From an uncultured virus (IMG/VR IMGVR_UViG_2061766007_000696) (taxonomy: Duplodnaviria; Heunggongvirae; Uroviricota; Caudoviricetes): a DNA stretch of 63,939 bases. Both the position numbers and the translations under genes were made by a program. The notes beneath the pieces are model-generated. The model saw nothing but the letters and a program-made list of their open reading frames with translations. It searched no databases and was not told where the DNA came from. The stretch lies in the IMG/VR virus record IMGVR_UViG_2061766007_000696; one strand, written 5' to 3'. The first letter of the stretch is position 1. Every line of letters starts with the position of its first letter. This document shows positions 10,588 to 25,500 of this stretch, piece by piece.

Positions 10588-13500
10588 TTACTTTTTAATT
10601 TTGGAATTCAATTCATTAAATGCTTTTGTAATAGCTTTTTGCGNNNNNNNNNNNNNNNNNNNNNNNNNNNNNNNNNNNNNNNNNNNNNNNNNNACATTTC
10701 CGATGCTCAAGGTTACATTGCCTACGTTATTAGTTTTAACTTTGTTAACTTTCATAACACTTCGCATGAATTCTTGAGGGTCTTGAGCCATCTTATAAAG
10801 ATTTTCGGTTTGTGCTTTAGTAAGAACAGTATCGCCAGCTTTAAGAGGTGTTAAGATTGCATTACGAGTAGGAGAGAGAATTGCTTCTTCACCATATTCC
10901 TGAGTCCAGGCAATTTCGTCCTTTTTAAGAGTGCGAACACCGCCTGCGTATTCAGAGAATTTCTTTTTTGCCTTCTCAATCTTTTTACCCCAACTTCTTA
11001 CAGCAGAAATGAGATTATCAATATCTTTTTGAGCAGACGCATTCTTTCCCTTCTTTTTCTTTTTCATATGATCTATCAATTGCTCTAAAGCTTCTAATGC
11101 TTCATTATATTTGCCTTGTTTATATAGGTTATTAATCTGATTCAGCGAATACTTCGTACCATTTGGATTGTTTTTATCATAGGCTTGTATCCAATTATCA
11201 CCAGTCTTAGTGGAAATAATATTCTTACTTTCAAGAACGGCAATCTTATTTTTAAGATCACCTTGTTCTGTTGCTAATTCAGTGAAATATTCTTCTTTTT
11301 CTTGAACTTTCTTTTGACGAGCTGTTTCTGCCTTTAGAGCAACATCATAGTCTTTAAGTTCTTGAATGATATTCTTGATATATTGACCAGCACCTGTTGT
11401 TCCAGTTTCTATTCCACTGATTATAGCTGAAGAAATAGTATCAGACATAGTGATGCCATACTCACCTAGCATACTTGTCATGCTACCAAAAGCATCATCC
11501 ATATGTCCATTTAATTCACCTACAGTTTCATTAAAGAGAGCTTCAGTATCTTTAAGCTTTTCTTCAAGACGTTTTATTTCCCTGTTTTTAGCTTCTTCGT
11601 ATGCTTCTGCCTGAGCATCTAATGCTTTTTGAGCTACATCCATGGAATGATTATACTGTTTATCTTCAAGCTTTTCTTTTGCTTCAGCTAATTGCTCTTC
11701 GAGTTCGCGCCTTTTAGCTATTGCTGATTGGCTATTATCGTTTTCAATGGCTGCAAGTTTTCTGGTTATTTTGTAGATATCCTTCTGACTTTCAGCTACA
11801 GATTTTTGATAATCATGAAGATCCTTTTGCGACTTTAAAGCCTCTTGTTGCTTCTTTATTAATTCTTGATATGCTTTAATCTGTTCTTCAATGATATCTA
11901 TTTCTTTTTCAATTCGTTCTTTTGCAAGGTCTACAATCGCATCTTTTGCACCCTTTGCTGCTTCGGCAGATTCATACATAGCCGAACGAATTTCCTGAAG
12001 ACGTTCTTGATATTCTGTTGAATTTTTATCATCCGCATATTTCTTATCAAGATTCTCTAACTCTTTCTTATATCTAGCTACTTCTTTAATATTGCCTTTA
12101 TAACTATATATCTGAGTAGCCATCATTCCATAANNNNNNNNNNTCATCAATAGCATCATCTTCATTAAATAAACTGTTAATACTTTGAAGTTCATCATCA
12201 TAAGATTTAGCTATTGCATGGCGCATCTCAAGTCTTTCAAATGTAGCATCTCTAGCATTTTTTTCAGCTTCAGCCATCTTTTCCATAGCTTCAAGTCTAG
12301 CTTGTTCAACTTCATATATTTCTTCTTGAAGTTTTAAGTCTTGCTCAGAATTCTTAATTATGTTTCCAGCAGCAATCATTTGCTGACGTTTTGCTTCCAT
12401 TCTGTCAGCCTTCTTGCCTTCTTTATAGGCTAACTTTTTATAATTCTTAGCTTGAGCTTTATACATTGTTGGGNNNNNNNNNNNNNNNNNNNNNNNNNNN
12501 NNNNNNGAGAAATCGAGGAAATGACGTACTTTTTGAGTAAATCTCTCAAATACCTCACCAAGATATTCAACTTTTTCAACCGCTAAATCACCTATCTTGG
12601 TCTGTATTTCCTCAACAGATATCTTTGCGTCATCAAGCTTATCTTTCCACTCGATTGCTTTATCAATTGCCTCGGACATTGCCTGGTCAGTAATGGTCTG
12701 AATACTATGTCCATTACCCTCAATACCATCGATTATACTCTTGTCAAGTCCTTCAATAGCTTTCTTGTATTCTTCACCATAAACCTTAACTTGTTCCTTT
12801 GCAGTCTCAAGTCGTTTCTTTTGTGTCTTGATTTCCTGGTTAAACCAATAGTTTGCACCATCAGATCTTGAATAATATGTCTTATCAGCATTAGCACGTT
12901 TTGCAGCATATAAATCAGCCTCTTTCTGAAGAACTTTCATTCTTCTTTCGAGCCAGTCATATACCTTTTCAAATTCTTGCTCTGCGCCCTCAGCCATTTC
13001 CCCACTAGCATCACCAGCTGCCTCGGTCAGTCCTGAGAAATCTACATTTGCAAATCCCTCACCGCCAAGAAGAGTCATAGCATTCTGAAGACCTTGATAG
13101 ATTACGTTGTATGCCTCAGCAATTGCACCTGTAGCACCACGCATCTGTTGTTCAAGAGCAGCCTGAATAGCAACAGCTTCAGTAGCTGCCATATTAGCTT
13201 CACCTGTGCAGACTGCAAGATAAGCCTCAGCTTGTGCCTCTGTTGTAATACTCTGCATTGTATTGAGAGCATTACGCATCATGGTTACACGCATCTCACT
13301 AAGTTTTGCCTTAGTCGCGTTTTCAAATGCTTGTTCATTTAGTGAGAGAGCACCATTCTCATTCTTGAGCATGTTGAGATAGCGGAAATCCATTTGCATG
13401 AGTTCTTGAGCTTGATCTACACTGATTTTGCCAGTCTTATTGTAGGAATCCATGATTTTCTTGAGCTTTTGATATGCATCGGTAAGATCACTTATTGCAT

Positions 13501-16500
13501 TTGTGGCATCATCAGCAGCATTTGCTGCGTCGTTCATTCCATCAGCGGCTTTGCCAGCACCACCACCTGCTTTAGCATTATCATCAGCATTTCTTCTAGC
13601 TTTTGAACCTTCGTCATCTAAAGCATCACCATAAGATTTTGCAGCAGCAGTAGCATCATTAAATGCTTTCTTTTGTTGTTCATATTTTTTAGCAGTAGCA
13701 ATATCTCCACTTTGATAAGCTTGTTCAATTAAATGATTTACCTCAGAATTGAACGAACTTGCATCTGTTCCGTTAAGTAAATGTCTTAACGCATAGATTT
13801 CTTCTTTAGCAATACCAATTTGCTCACATAGCTCAATAAGCCAACTATAATCACCAGTTATACTAAGACCATTAGCAAGACCCATTTCTAAAACATATTC
13901 AATAAGATCTTGATTTGTTAAGCCTAACTGTTCAGCTTCATCCATTAAATAATCAACAGTTTCACTATGCTTTTTATTACTCTCATCAGCTGTTATATTA
14001 TATTCATGCTGAGCTTCAAGTTCATCAGCTAAAGATTGAGTTACTTTTTGTTCAGCTTCAGCTCTCAAAATAGAACTATTTATATATTGTTGAGCTACTT
14101 GTTCAGACATTCCTGCTTCTTGAAGTTGTGTCTGAATCATTTCTCTATTAGCAGCATTTATTTCTTCAAGAGGTACTTTTGATTTTAANNNNNNNNNNNN
14201 NNNNNNNNNNNNNNNNCATCAACACTTGATGTTGAGCTAGTAAGAATATTTTCGAAATTATCAAAATCAAAACCTTCAATATCTTTAGCTAATTCTCTAA
14301 ATTGTTCTACCTCAGTAATATCAAGATGAACTTTGTTTTCTTTTTCTACCTGTTCTCGCCATTTATCGTAAGCATCAGTAACTTTCTTTAAATCACCTAT
14401 AGAAGAGGCAAACGATTGTTGATTAAATTTTACTTCTGTTTCAATTTCAACTTTTTCTTGTTGAGCTTTTTTGATTTTCTCTTTTAAATCATCAAAGGAT
14501 TTTGCACTATCAACGAATTGATATGCTATTTCTAATTCTTCTTGAGATAAAGAATCAATATGGTCTTTTCCAAATTTAGATGTTAATTGTTGATATGCCT
14601 CAGATTCAACTAATTTTTCTTCTTTTAGTTTATCAATTACATATTGAATTGATACACCATATTTATCAGCTAATGCAATTAATTCATTGTATATTTGAAG
14701 TCTTTCATCACCTTCATCATATAATGAAGCATCAAAATTGATTAAATCTTCATATGAAAGAACATCATAATTTGCATCCTTAAACAATTCTATTTTATTA
14801 CGTAAATCATCTTGAAGATTATCTGTATTAGCTTTGAATTTTAAATCAAATTCCCATTGAGATACCTCAACAGCCAAATCAGGATATATATTTTTTAAAT
14901 ATTGTCGAACTTCATCATTATCAATATTTTTTAATGCTTCTAAATATATATTTGCATATTTTTCTAAAGCAGAATTTTTTTCCTCATCAGATTTAAATCC
15001 ATTATTAAATGCTTCTTTATATTGTTTACCTGCTTGAGTAACCTCATCAACTAACTTAGAATAATTTCCATTTTTTGAAATTAATTCATTTTCTACATAA
15101 TTTTGCCAAAAACCACCTTTATCCTCAATTAATTGATTTGTCTGATTAGCTACATCTGAAAGATAATTTTTTAAATCATCACTTGCACCTAGTTGTTCAG
15201 CTGCTTTTTGAATTTTAAGTAAATCTTTATAAAAAGCATCCCATGTATCCCCATATAAAACTAGAGATTTTTTGTCTTTATCGTAGTTATCTGCAAATGA
15301 TGAAATATTAATATCATCATATTGTTTTACTATTTTCTCAAGTAATTCAACATCTTCTTTTAAAAAGGATGTATTACCTAAATCTAATTTATTGGTAGTG
15401 GCAGAAATCATTTTATCTACTGCTTGTTCATATGGATTTTTGTTATTATTCCATAATTTATCAAACATAAATCCTAGATTTTCTATCCAATTATCAGAAT
15501 GAGGATTTTGCATTTGATTTTTAGTTTCTGCCCATTTCTTAGCAGATAATTCATCTAAAGCTGAAATTTGACCATTTATCGCTTTTGTAATATTAAATAT
15601 GGCTTCTTCCTCAGTACNNNNNNNNNNNNNNNNNNNNNNNNNNNNNNNNNNNNNNNNNNNNNNNNNNNNTCTCTAGCAATTTTACTATCTTCATAAGATG
15701 TATTATTATCAGATAAAATAGTCTGTAACTCTTTTATTTTTTCTTTATAACTGTCTATATCAGTTTTTGTCTCTCGATATGAAGTATTTAATTTTTTAGT
15801 TTCCTCATTCAACATTTTTGAGGCATTTGCACATGTAGTAAATAAAGAAATTAATTCACTTATAGCCCAAGTTACTGCCATAGTTGTAGCAACACTAGCT
15901 ATGGTCAATCCAAGAGATTTTAATGATGTACTTAAAATACCAGTAGCACTATTAGCTTTCTGCATACTAGCAACTATTTCATTACCAGATTTTCCTAACT
16001 TAATTTGTTCTTGAACATATAATCTTGTTGAATCACTTAAATCATCCATTGATTCTGAAAGTAAATCAGCAACTTTGGATTCATCATTTAATATGTCGAA
16101 GAAATTTGATACTAAATCAATTTCACTCTTTTTAAATGCGCCGCCAATTTTCTTGCCTAAAATAGAGGTGGAGAAGTTACCAAAAGAATCAATGTCAAAA
16201 TTAATTCCACCGCCTTTGAGTCCCATAAATGCACCAGCGGCTGCTGACAATATTCCTGGCAAACCATCAGCTGTTTCGACTATTTTATCTAGTACTTGAA
16301 GAATACTATTAGCACCTTCAACTACATCTTTAATAAAACCACTCTTGAGAGCATCATAAGCCAATTCTTCAAGAGAGGCTTTTANNNNNNNNNNNNNNNN
16401 NNNNNNNNNNNNNNNNNNNNNNNNNNNCTGATGCATCTTCAGCTGTTTTATATGCTGCTTCAAGAGTGTCTATATTATTAAGTACTGCGTATAGAGCGTT

Positions 16501-19500
16501 TGCATTCCTTTTCCCAGCTAATGCCTCACCTAATGATCATTTATATTTTATAAGTTCGTAACACTTATATTTAATTAAGATATTTTTTTAATTANNNNNN
16601 NNNNNNNNNNNNNNNNNNNNNNNNNNNNNNNNNNNNNNNNNNNNNNNNNNNNNNNNNNNNNNNNNNNNNNNNNNNNNNNNNNNNNNNNNNNNNNNNNNNN
16701 NNNNNNNNNNNNNNNNNNNNNNNNNNNNNNNNNNNNNNNNNNNNNNNNNNNNNNNNNNNNNNNNNNNNNNNNNNNNNNNNNNNNNNNNNNNNNNNNNNNN
16801 NNNNNNNNNNNNNNNNNNNNNNNNNNNNNNNNNNNNNNNNNNNNNNNNNNNNNNNNNNNNNNNNNNNNNNNNNNNNNNNNNNNNNNNNNNNNNNNNNNNN
16901 NNNNNNNNNNNNNNNNNNNNNNNNNNNNNNNNNNNNNNNNNNNNNNNNNNNNNNNNNNNNNNNNNNNNNNNNNNNNNNNNNNNNNNNNNNNNNNNNNNNN
17001 NNNNNNNNNNNNNNNNAAATGTTGTTCACCATCATATTCAATACAAACATTATTATTGGGTAAGTAAAAATCAAAAGGAAGTTCTCGTTTATCTTTACAA
17101 TCTTTAAAACGATATTGAGAAATAAAAGGAATATTTAGACTATTAAGAAAAGTAGTTATTGCTTTTTCGCCTTTATAAAAATGTTCACAATTAGGACATT
17201 GTTTACTTTGAGATTGTATCATAGACTGTGAATGAGATTCCCAAATATGTCCACAATTTAAACATTGAAATTTTGCATTCNNNNNNNNNNTCTTTTAATT
17301 TTTCTTCTAAATACCAAATAGGATAATTATGTCCCGTACAATATACACAACCAACTTTACATCTTTTCATATTATATTTCTGCATAAATTGTATTCCTAA
17401 ATCTTTATGTTTTGGACATATAAAATAAATCCCAATTTTACCTTTTTGTCTTCCTGAATCAATATATTCAAACCCTTTTGATTCACATAATAATTTATCT
17501 TCATCCTTATTTAATTCAACTACATGTGCTTGTTCTGTACGTTCTCTGCCACAATAATAACATCCATGTCCTACATTAAATTTCGTAACTTTTATTTCCT
17601 GAACACCTTTATCTCGATGTTTAGAACAAATATATTTAATTTTTGTATTTACATTTTGATATTCACTTTCTTTCGAAATTACCTCATAACCTTTTGAATT
17701 AAATCTTTTTACTATATCATCAAATGTATATTTACCCATTTATTACCTCTTTTATATCTTAATTAAACCCATACTTTCATATGGGATTAGACTATTTCTT
17801 CACCTTTTCTAAAAAAAAACAGAAGAAGGGCATACTTTTTCCATTTAATTGATTTTCACAAACTCCTTAACTTGAGCCGTACTCCTATTGATCTAAGTAT
17901 TCGGGATTTTCACCTTGATTTGATAACTCAAATGAGTATTCTTAGATCCCTACATGGGGATAGTCGTTGAACGTTTACCCTCGACTAATATTTCTTAATC
18001 AGAACATAACGTTAGGGTACTTCGCTGCATGAACCACCAATTCTTACGTTGTAAAACCATCATATAGTGATTTCTCCTATATTGTGGTGTAAGACTCTAA
18101 GGTTTTACCTGCAATTAAATATGTTCTTTAATATATATTTCTATATATTCAGGCAATCTTATTTGCCTGCTCTATATCAGTGAGATTTTTCCACTCTTTA
18201 CCAATACCTAATACTATTTCATAAATATCTTTAAAAGTATTTTCATCCTTCATGATATCAAAGCCAGTCATACCTTTAACCATATCACGAAGTTTTGAAG
18301 TACTCTCTACTATAGTTTCTTCTTCTTCACCCATTTCAATGAGTTCACTCTTCGCACCGCGTATACGTGCGCTCATAGTTTTCCACAATGTACCTACTGA
18401 TGTGGGNNNNNNNNNNGCCGTAATTAACGCAATAGATTTTGACAAATCAGTGTTTGCAGCATTAAAAGAAGCTGCTGAACGTTGAAGTGCCTCACCTATA
18501 CCCGCAGTATCAATTGCAAAGTTATTTGCTCGTTCTGTTACTATAAAATCGCAGATTTTATTATGACTTAAATTTATTTTAAGCGGATAGTTCTTTCGAG
18601 CTATCTCTCACGTTTCATATAAATAGGATTATTGCGTGAGTCCAGACTGTATATTCACCCTATTAAATAGGGGAGTAACTTCAGAATAATTGTTACCAAT
18701 CACTCCACCGCAGTCGTTACGCATTCTGTAGTAAAATACTTTCGATAATTTTCAATAGATTGAGATTGAAATGGTATTATTAGATTTGAATTAAGTTTTA
18801 ACTGATTAGTATATGACCAATTAAATGAATGATAATTCAGTAATTGATAATGATTATTTAAAGAGTCAATAAACTTAATGATTAATTCAACACAACAATA
18901 ATTGTTTTTAGCAATTAAGTATTCTCTTGTAAATTTATATATTTCTTTACCACACTTAGCACAAGTAGTTCGAATTTTTATATGTTTTCCTTTAATATTA
19001 AGATAATAATACAATTTAATAATGTCATCTAAAGATTTACCTATACTTGTAGCAATATCATTTAANNNNNNNNNNNNNNNNNNNNNNNNNNNNNNNNNNN
19101 NNNNNNNNNNNNNNNNNTGACGATCTAACCACATATCAACATTACATTTTGAAACTACAAAATTTGACTTTACTCGTCTATAATTCATATGTGTTTTTGG
19201 AATCATTTTATTACACGATTCACAAAATAGTAATCCATTATAATTATCAAATATTTCTTTTTTCATATTTTTACCACAGTCTTTGCTCGGTCTTATGTGT
19301 CCTATCACTATTTTAACCGATATAGTTACTATCATCCAGTATAAACTGAAGCATTTACATTACTGTAAATGGAGGCAAACTTTACCTCATTATATTTATC
19401 TATTACAGCTTCAGCATCATCAGCTGCAATATGAAAACCTTGCAACGTTGAAATTAAATAAGAACTTGCGTCATCAGCTGTCATATTATCACCAACAGTC

Positions 19501-22500
19501 GTGAAGAGGGCAGTAACTCTAGCAAGTTCCTCTGCATCATCTACCGAATAGCCTAGCCTTGACCAATCGGCAGTTACGTTAATTACATGTTCAATAGTCT
19601 GACCGAGTTCTTGTGCAGTCTTTGCAGACTTTTCAAAACTCTGTGCCAACCTATCATTACTTGCGTCAGATACCTTACGCAATTCAGTTATAGCAGTATC
19701 AAGAGCAATAACCTCTTGGCTTGCTTGTCTAATATATCTTATCCAATCCTGGATACTAAAATACTGAGCAATAAACTGAGCATTAACACNNNNNNNNNNN
19801 NNNNNNNNNNNNNNNNNNNNNNNNNNNNNNNNNNNNNNNNNNNNNNNNNNNNNNNNNNNNNNNNNNNNNNNNNNNNNNNNNNNNNNNNNNNNNNNNNNNN
19901 NNNNNNNNNNNNNNNNNNNNNNNNNNNNNNNNNNNNNNNNNNNNNNNNNNNNNNNNNNNNNNNNNNNNNNNNNNNNNNNNNNNNNNNNNNNNNNNNNNNN
20001 NNNNNNNCTCTTAGATAATTTATTTAAAGATGTTTGGGCAGCTTTTTTATTTGATGATAATCCTTTATCCCCTAAAATATTACTAATCTGATCATCTAAT
20101 TCTTTTAATTTAGCACGACCTTCTTCAGTATCAATATCAATAGGGGTTTTATTTATTTCAATAATCTTTTTTCGTAATTCATCTAATTGGTCAGTATAAG
20201 AATGTGTAAATTTTTTGCTATTAAGCATATCATCTATTTTTAACAGCGTTTTATCATACGAACCTTTTTTCTGAGATATAAAATCATCACCAGCATTATT
20301 TAAAAATCTTGCTTTAGCAGCATCAAGTTTTTCCAAGCTTTCAGCAGAACCATTAGCCCATCTTGTATATTCCTGAACACCTCTTGTTGCCTCATCCCAA
20401 GCTTGTTTAAGACCGGCTAATTCTTGTTTCTCCTCAGGCTTTACTAATTCCCCAGAATCCTCTTTAGTTAATAATTCATAATATCTACTTGCTTTGGCAT
20501 ATAACTCATCATATGCTTTTGTGGCAGATTTATTATCTGTACTTGCAGCATCTATATGACTTTTTCGCCAATCTTCATGTGCTTTTTGTTGAGCAGCAGC
20601 TGCCTCTTGAACAGCTTTAGCTTTTTCTTTTTCTGCCTTTGCTGCATCCTCAGCTAGGTATTTATTACGAATTTCTTCCTCATTCAAAGCTCGAATAGCA
20701 GTAACAGTTGCTAACTGTTCACGATTTGTCTTATATTCTGGCTGTGCAGCCATATATTTCATAAGATCCTCATAAACAGCTAATTCTTGTTTCTTTAAAC
20801 CAAGAATTTCACGAAGAGGTGTAGCCTCAGATTCAGATGCTTGACTAATTTTTCTTTCTAAATCAAGAATAGCAGTATCATCACTTATAATTTCTTTGAG
20901 TAATTTGTCATAATTAACATCATAAGTATCGAATCTTTCTAATTCTTTTTCTTTTGTTTCAGGATTAGTCACCATTCTATAAGATGTCTTTTGATTCATA
21001 ACTTTATTCAAAGCTTTTGTATAAGCGTTATGCCCCTCAAAAGTTCCATCCTCTTTTCTTATCCATCCACCATTTTCAAAGAAATCAATCTTAGCCTGAT
21101 GAGCACCACCCATAATATCTAAACCATTTAAATCCGTAAAGCTATTTTGCATATTACGAATTTCCTCGGCTGTTAATCTTGCTTGATTTTGAGTAGCCTC
21201 TAATTCATTACATAAATTATGAATAGCATCAGCATACAATCTAGGTTTTGTATTTTCATCAAGAACCTCTAAGTCCTCAAAATACTGTCCGTTTGAGGTT
21301 TGCTTTAATTGTCTCATTGAGCCAATTAATTCTTCATTTTCATCCTCAAGACTTTGTTCAGCTTGTTTTGCACGATTTGCACTGATAACCATATCTTCAT
21401 ACATTTCTTGTCCAGATACAGTTATATTGTTCTTAGGGGGTTTTGGCGGTTGATTAGGTGGGGTAGGAGGATTCATAGAACCACCTAACGCAGTCCTAAC
21501 AAAACTATCCATCGGCGTTGTATGAGTATCTAATCTGAATGCTCTTTCAACAATATCAGCCATAGTAAGAGCCTCAGATTCAACCTCACGTATAGCTTGA
21601 ACAGCCTTTTCTGATTCTTGTGAAATTTTGTGCACACCCTCAGAAACAATATTAGTAGTACTTTTAGCTGTTTCTTTTAAACTATTTAAATATTCATCAA
21701 TATATGCTAATTTATTTTGATCAGCAATTCCATTTTCATCCATAACTGGAATTTTAAATGCATTTTTACCTGTTAACTCAGCTATATATTTATTAAGAAT
21801 ATTAAAAGCATCAATTGCATCTAAAGAACCTTTTTTATAATCCTCAAGTATTTTTATTACACCAACATCTGATGTATTTATTTTTTCATCTAATCCATAT
21901 TGTACAAGATTAACAAGCTTTTCGACAGGTGTAAGAGCATCAGCTGAATTATCACGTATTTTAATTAGTGCTTTAGCTATTTCCTCTGTATTTGAAATAT
22001 CAAATGTTTGTAATCTATCACTTAATCCATGTTTATCTAATACTTGAGATAGAACTGGACTTAATAATTCTTTCTGTTTTTCTGTCTTAAGCGAGGAAAA
22101 ATCCATACCGTTTATTTTTGATTTTTTAACAGCATTTAAGCCTTTNNNNNNNNNNNNNNNNNNNNNNNTTCACAAATTTTTTTGTCTAATCCAGAAAAAT
22201 CAACAAGTTTAAATACTTGTTCAGATAATAAACCAAAAGACTTAAGACCATTTTCATAAAATCCTGATTCTGATAAACCTAACAAATCATCCCATGAAAA
22301 ATAATTTGAACCTTTAGAAACATGATTATGTATTGAGGTAGTTATTCCCTCATCAAGAGTATCTAATAAACTTTTATATAAAGATTGTTCATTTATAGCA
22401 TCAGAGAACATTCCATTTATATAACCAGTTAATCCATTTTTACCAAACTGAACACCATTTTCTAATTTATTAGATAACATCTTAGAAAATAATTCTGATA

Positions 22501-25500
22501 ATGCTTGTGAAAGTTTTTCTGTCTCAGTTGTTGCCTCATGCATACCCTCAACAATAGTATTAGTCGTATTTTCACTAGTATTGGCAGTTTCACGATGTTC
22601 CTCTTGAATTTCGTTTTGAGCCTCGATATATTTTTGAGCTGCATTGTCCCAAACTTTATCATTAGCTCTCTTAACACGACTATCATCATAAACAGCCAAT
22701 TCACCATTTAATGCATTATAAGCGGAATCATATCCTAGAGAACCAAGAATATTACCAAAATCCACCCCACCTTTTCGTTGAATAGCATCAATTGATGGTT
22801 TTGCATTTAATTTTACTGCTTTAAGAGCATTACGAATTTCATTTTGTAACTCATCTGATAAATCAGCAAAAAATTGTTTCATTATCTGATTTATCTGTTC
22901 CTCAGTAAATCCCTCAACTATATCAAAAGTCTTTTGTAAATCTAAAGCCCATTCTGTTTGATATCTGCCAAAATCAGCTTTAGCAAAACTGTCATTTTTT
23001 GATGTACTAAAATAAGACGCTTTTCCAATTAAATCACCATGCTGACCGCGCATCATAGTGTCAAATGTATCAAAAGTATTATCAGAATTATGAAAAGCAG
23101 TAGTAAATGTTTTAGCTAATTCTCTTGCTTTTTGATCTGTTTCATCAAGTTCTGCTTGTAATTTATTTTGTTCAGATGTAGCCTCAGAAATAGAAGGAGT
23201 ACTAATTTCTCTCATAGATTCAGAGGCTTTTCCTGCGGCTTGAGGTATTTCAACACCAAGTTTTTCANNNNNNNNNNNNNNNNNNNNNNNNNNNNNNNNN
23301 NNTACAGAACCGTTTTGAATTCCACCGAATGAGGTTCCAGAAAAATCAGTTCCTTGATAACCTAATCCTTTTAAGAAAGTGGTTTTAATATCATCAGTAC
23401 CATATTTCTTCTTGAATCTATTCATTTTCATTGCATTTATAGTACCATCTGCCTTAATTCCAGATTCTTTAACAAGTTCAGCTGTTTCTTTTAAAAAACG
23501 ATTAAATTCATCAAAAGTTAATGCACTTTCTCCAAAAAGTTGCTGTATTTCTTTATATAATGTTTCTGGTGTTACATCTTGTAAATTATCATCAAAACCT
23601 TTAAATCCAACACCTATTTTATAACAGTATTGTTCTAATCTATGACTAAATTCATAGTATGCTTTAGCACCTTCCTCAACGTGTTGTTCATATAATTTTA
23701 ATTTTGAGGTATCAAAAGCATAAAACTTTTTCAAATCATCTGAAAAATCACCACGCTTAAATTCATTTGGATTATTTGTTACATAAGTTCCAGTTCCATC
23801 AGCCCAACCACGACCACCATTTCTTTTTCCTACATTCCAGGATTTTATTTCATCACCAAATTGATGAGAGGGTGATCCCATGCCTAAATTTCCCCAATGA
23901 TAAGCAATTCTTTGAATAGCATTGGCTGTTTCATTGGCAGTAGAAGTAATNNNNNNNNNNNNNNNNNNNNNNNNNNNNNNNNNNNNNNNNTCCTCTAATT
24001 CACTTTGAAGTTTATTTTCTGTTTGAATTGTTTCTTGAATAGCATCGGCTTCTTTATGATATGTTTCAATAAGATTACCACTAAGATCCATTAACTTAGC
24101 ACTTTGAATGCTAGACATATCACCTGTTAAAAGCGACATATTATCAGCAATTATACCATTTTCAGAATCCATTACATTTTTGATTATAATAGCCTGATAA
24201 CCTAATTCTTTAGCCATTTTAGCTAAATCATCTGTAGCAGTATAACCATATTTTTCTGAATTAGTTATTGCCTGGTCAAAATCCATTTTAGCTCTTTGAT
24301 ATTCCATGACAGCTTTTTTTGCGTCTTTAGAACCTTTAGAATACATTTCTCTAAGTTGTTGTCCTGAACCATCCCATTGCATATCCTCAATAAGACGTTT
24401 CTTTGCATTTGACATTTCAGAATAAAGAGCTAATATTTTTTTAGATTCTTCCTCAACACCCTCACCAAGATATAATACATGATTCCAATGTTCACCTTGA
24501 GCATCAACTGTCATTACTTTATTGAGATCTATTTGAATTTCATATATTTCACCAAGTTCATTAGCGTATTCTTTTGCTATCTCAAGATTAGAGGAAAACC
24601 AAGGGGTTTCTGAAACACTACCTTTCCCATAAATGCCTTTCTCACCTAAAGAACTACGACCTCTTAAATCCACACCTCTATAAAAAGTAGACGAAATTGC
24701 TGTTTCATTAATTTGTTTTCTAACTTGAAGGTTTTCTTTAAGCTGTTCTGTATTATTTTGAACATTTTGTGATTCTTGTCGAATTTCAGCTGAATTATTA
24801 TCCTCAGCTTTTAATTTATTAATCTGTTTTAATAAATCACGTTCTTTTGTTTGAAGAGAGGTAATTTCATTATAATATTCAAAAGGAATGCTTTCATTTT
24901 TAACTATTTTTGCATTTTTAGGAAAATCATTAATTTTTAAATATTGTTGTGCTTCTTTTTTTGTTTTGAAAGCACCTTTATTTCCATTATAATCAGTAAT
25001 TGTATTTCCATCAGGAAGAGTAGTTTCAATTACCCAACCACTTACATATTTCTTTTTTAGTTCAACAAGTTTACTTTGAGTTTCCTCTAGCTCTTGCTGT
25101 AATTTATCTAATTGCGAAATTGATCCAGATGTTGCTTCTGACGAAATAATAGGTTGTTCCGCTGTTTGCTGTAATTTCTTTAGCTCTTCTTTTAAATAAT
25201 CAACATGTTTAGTAGTACTATCAAAATGATCCTGTAACACTTTTAAAGCACTATCATATTCTGCTAAAGCAGCACGATTTGTATATGTAGATAGTTTTCC
25301 AGAACCTTTTGCCTGAGCTTGTTTATAAGCATCATTATATCTAACAATTGCTACAGCTCTATCAATATCATCTAAAGCATATCTATTCATAGCATCAGCA
25401 ACAGCATGATATGTATTCTTTAAATTTTCATTAGCAGAAGCTCTGCCACCAGTAACTAATTTTGAGGATAAGAATGAACTTGCTTGTTGCTCCTCAATTT

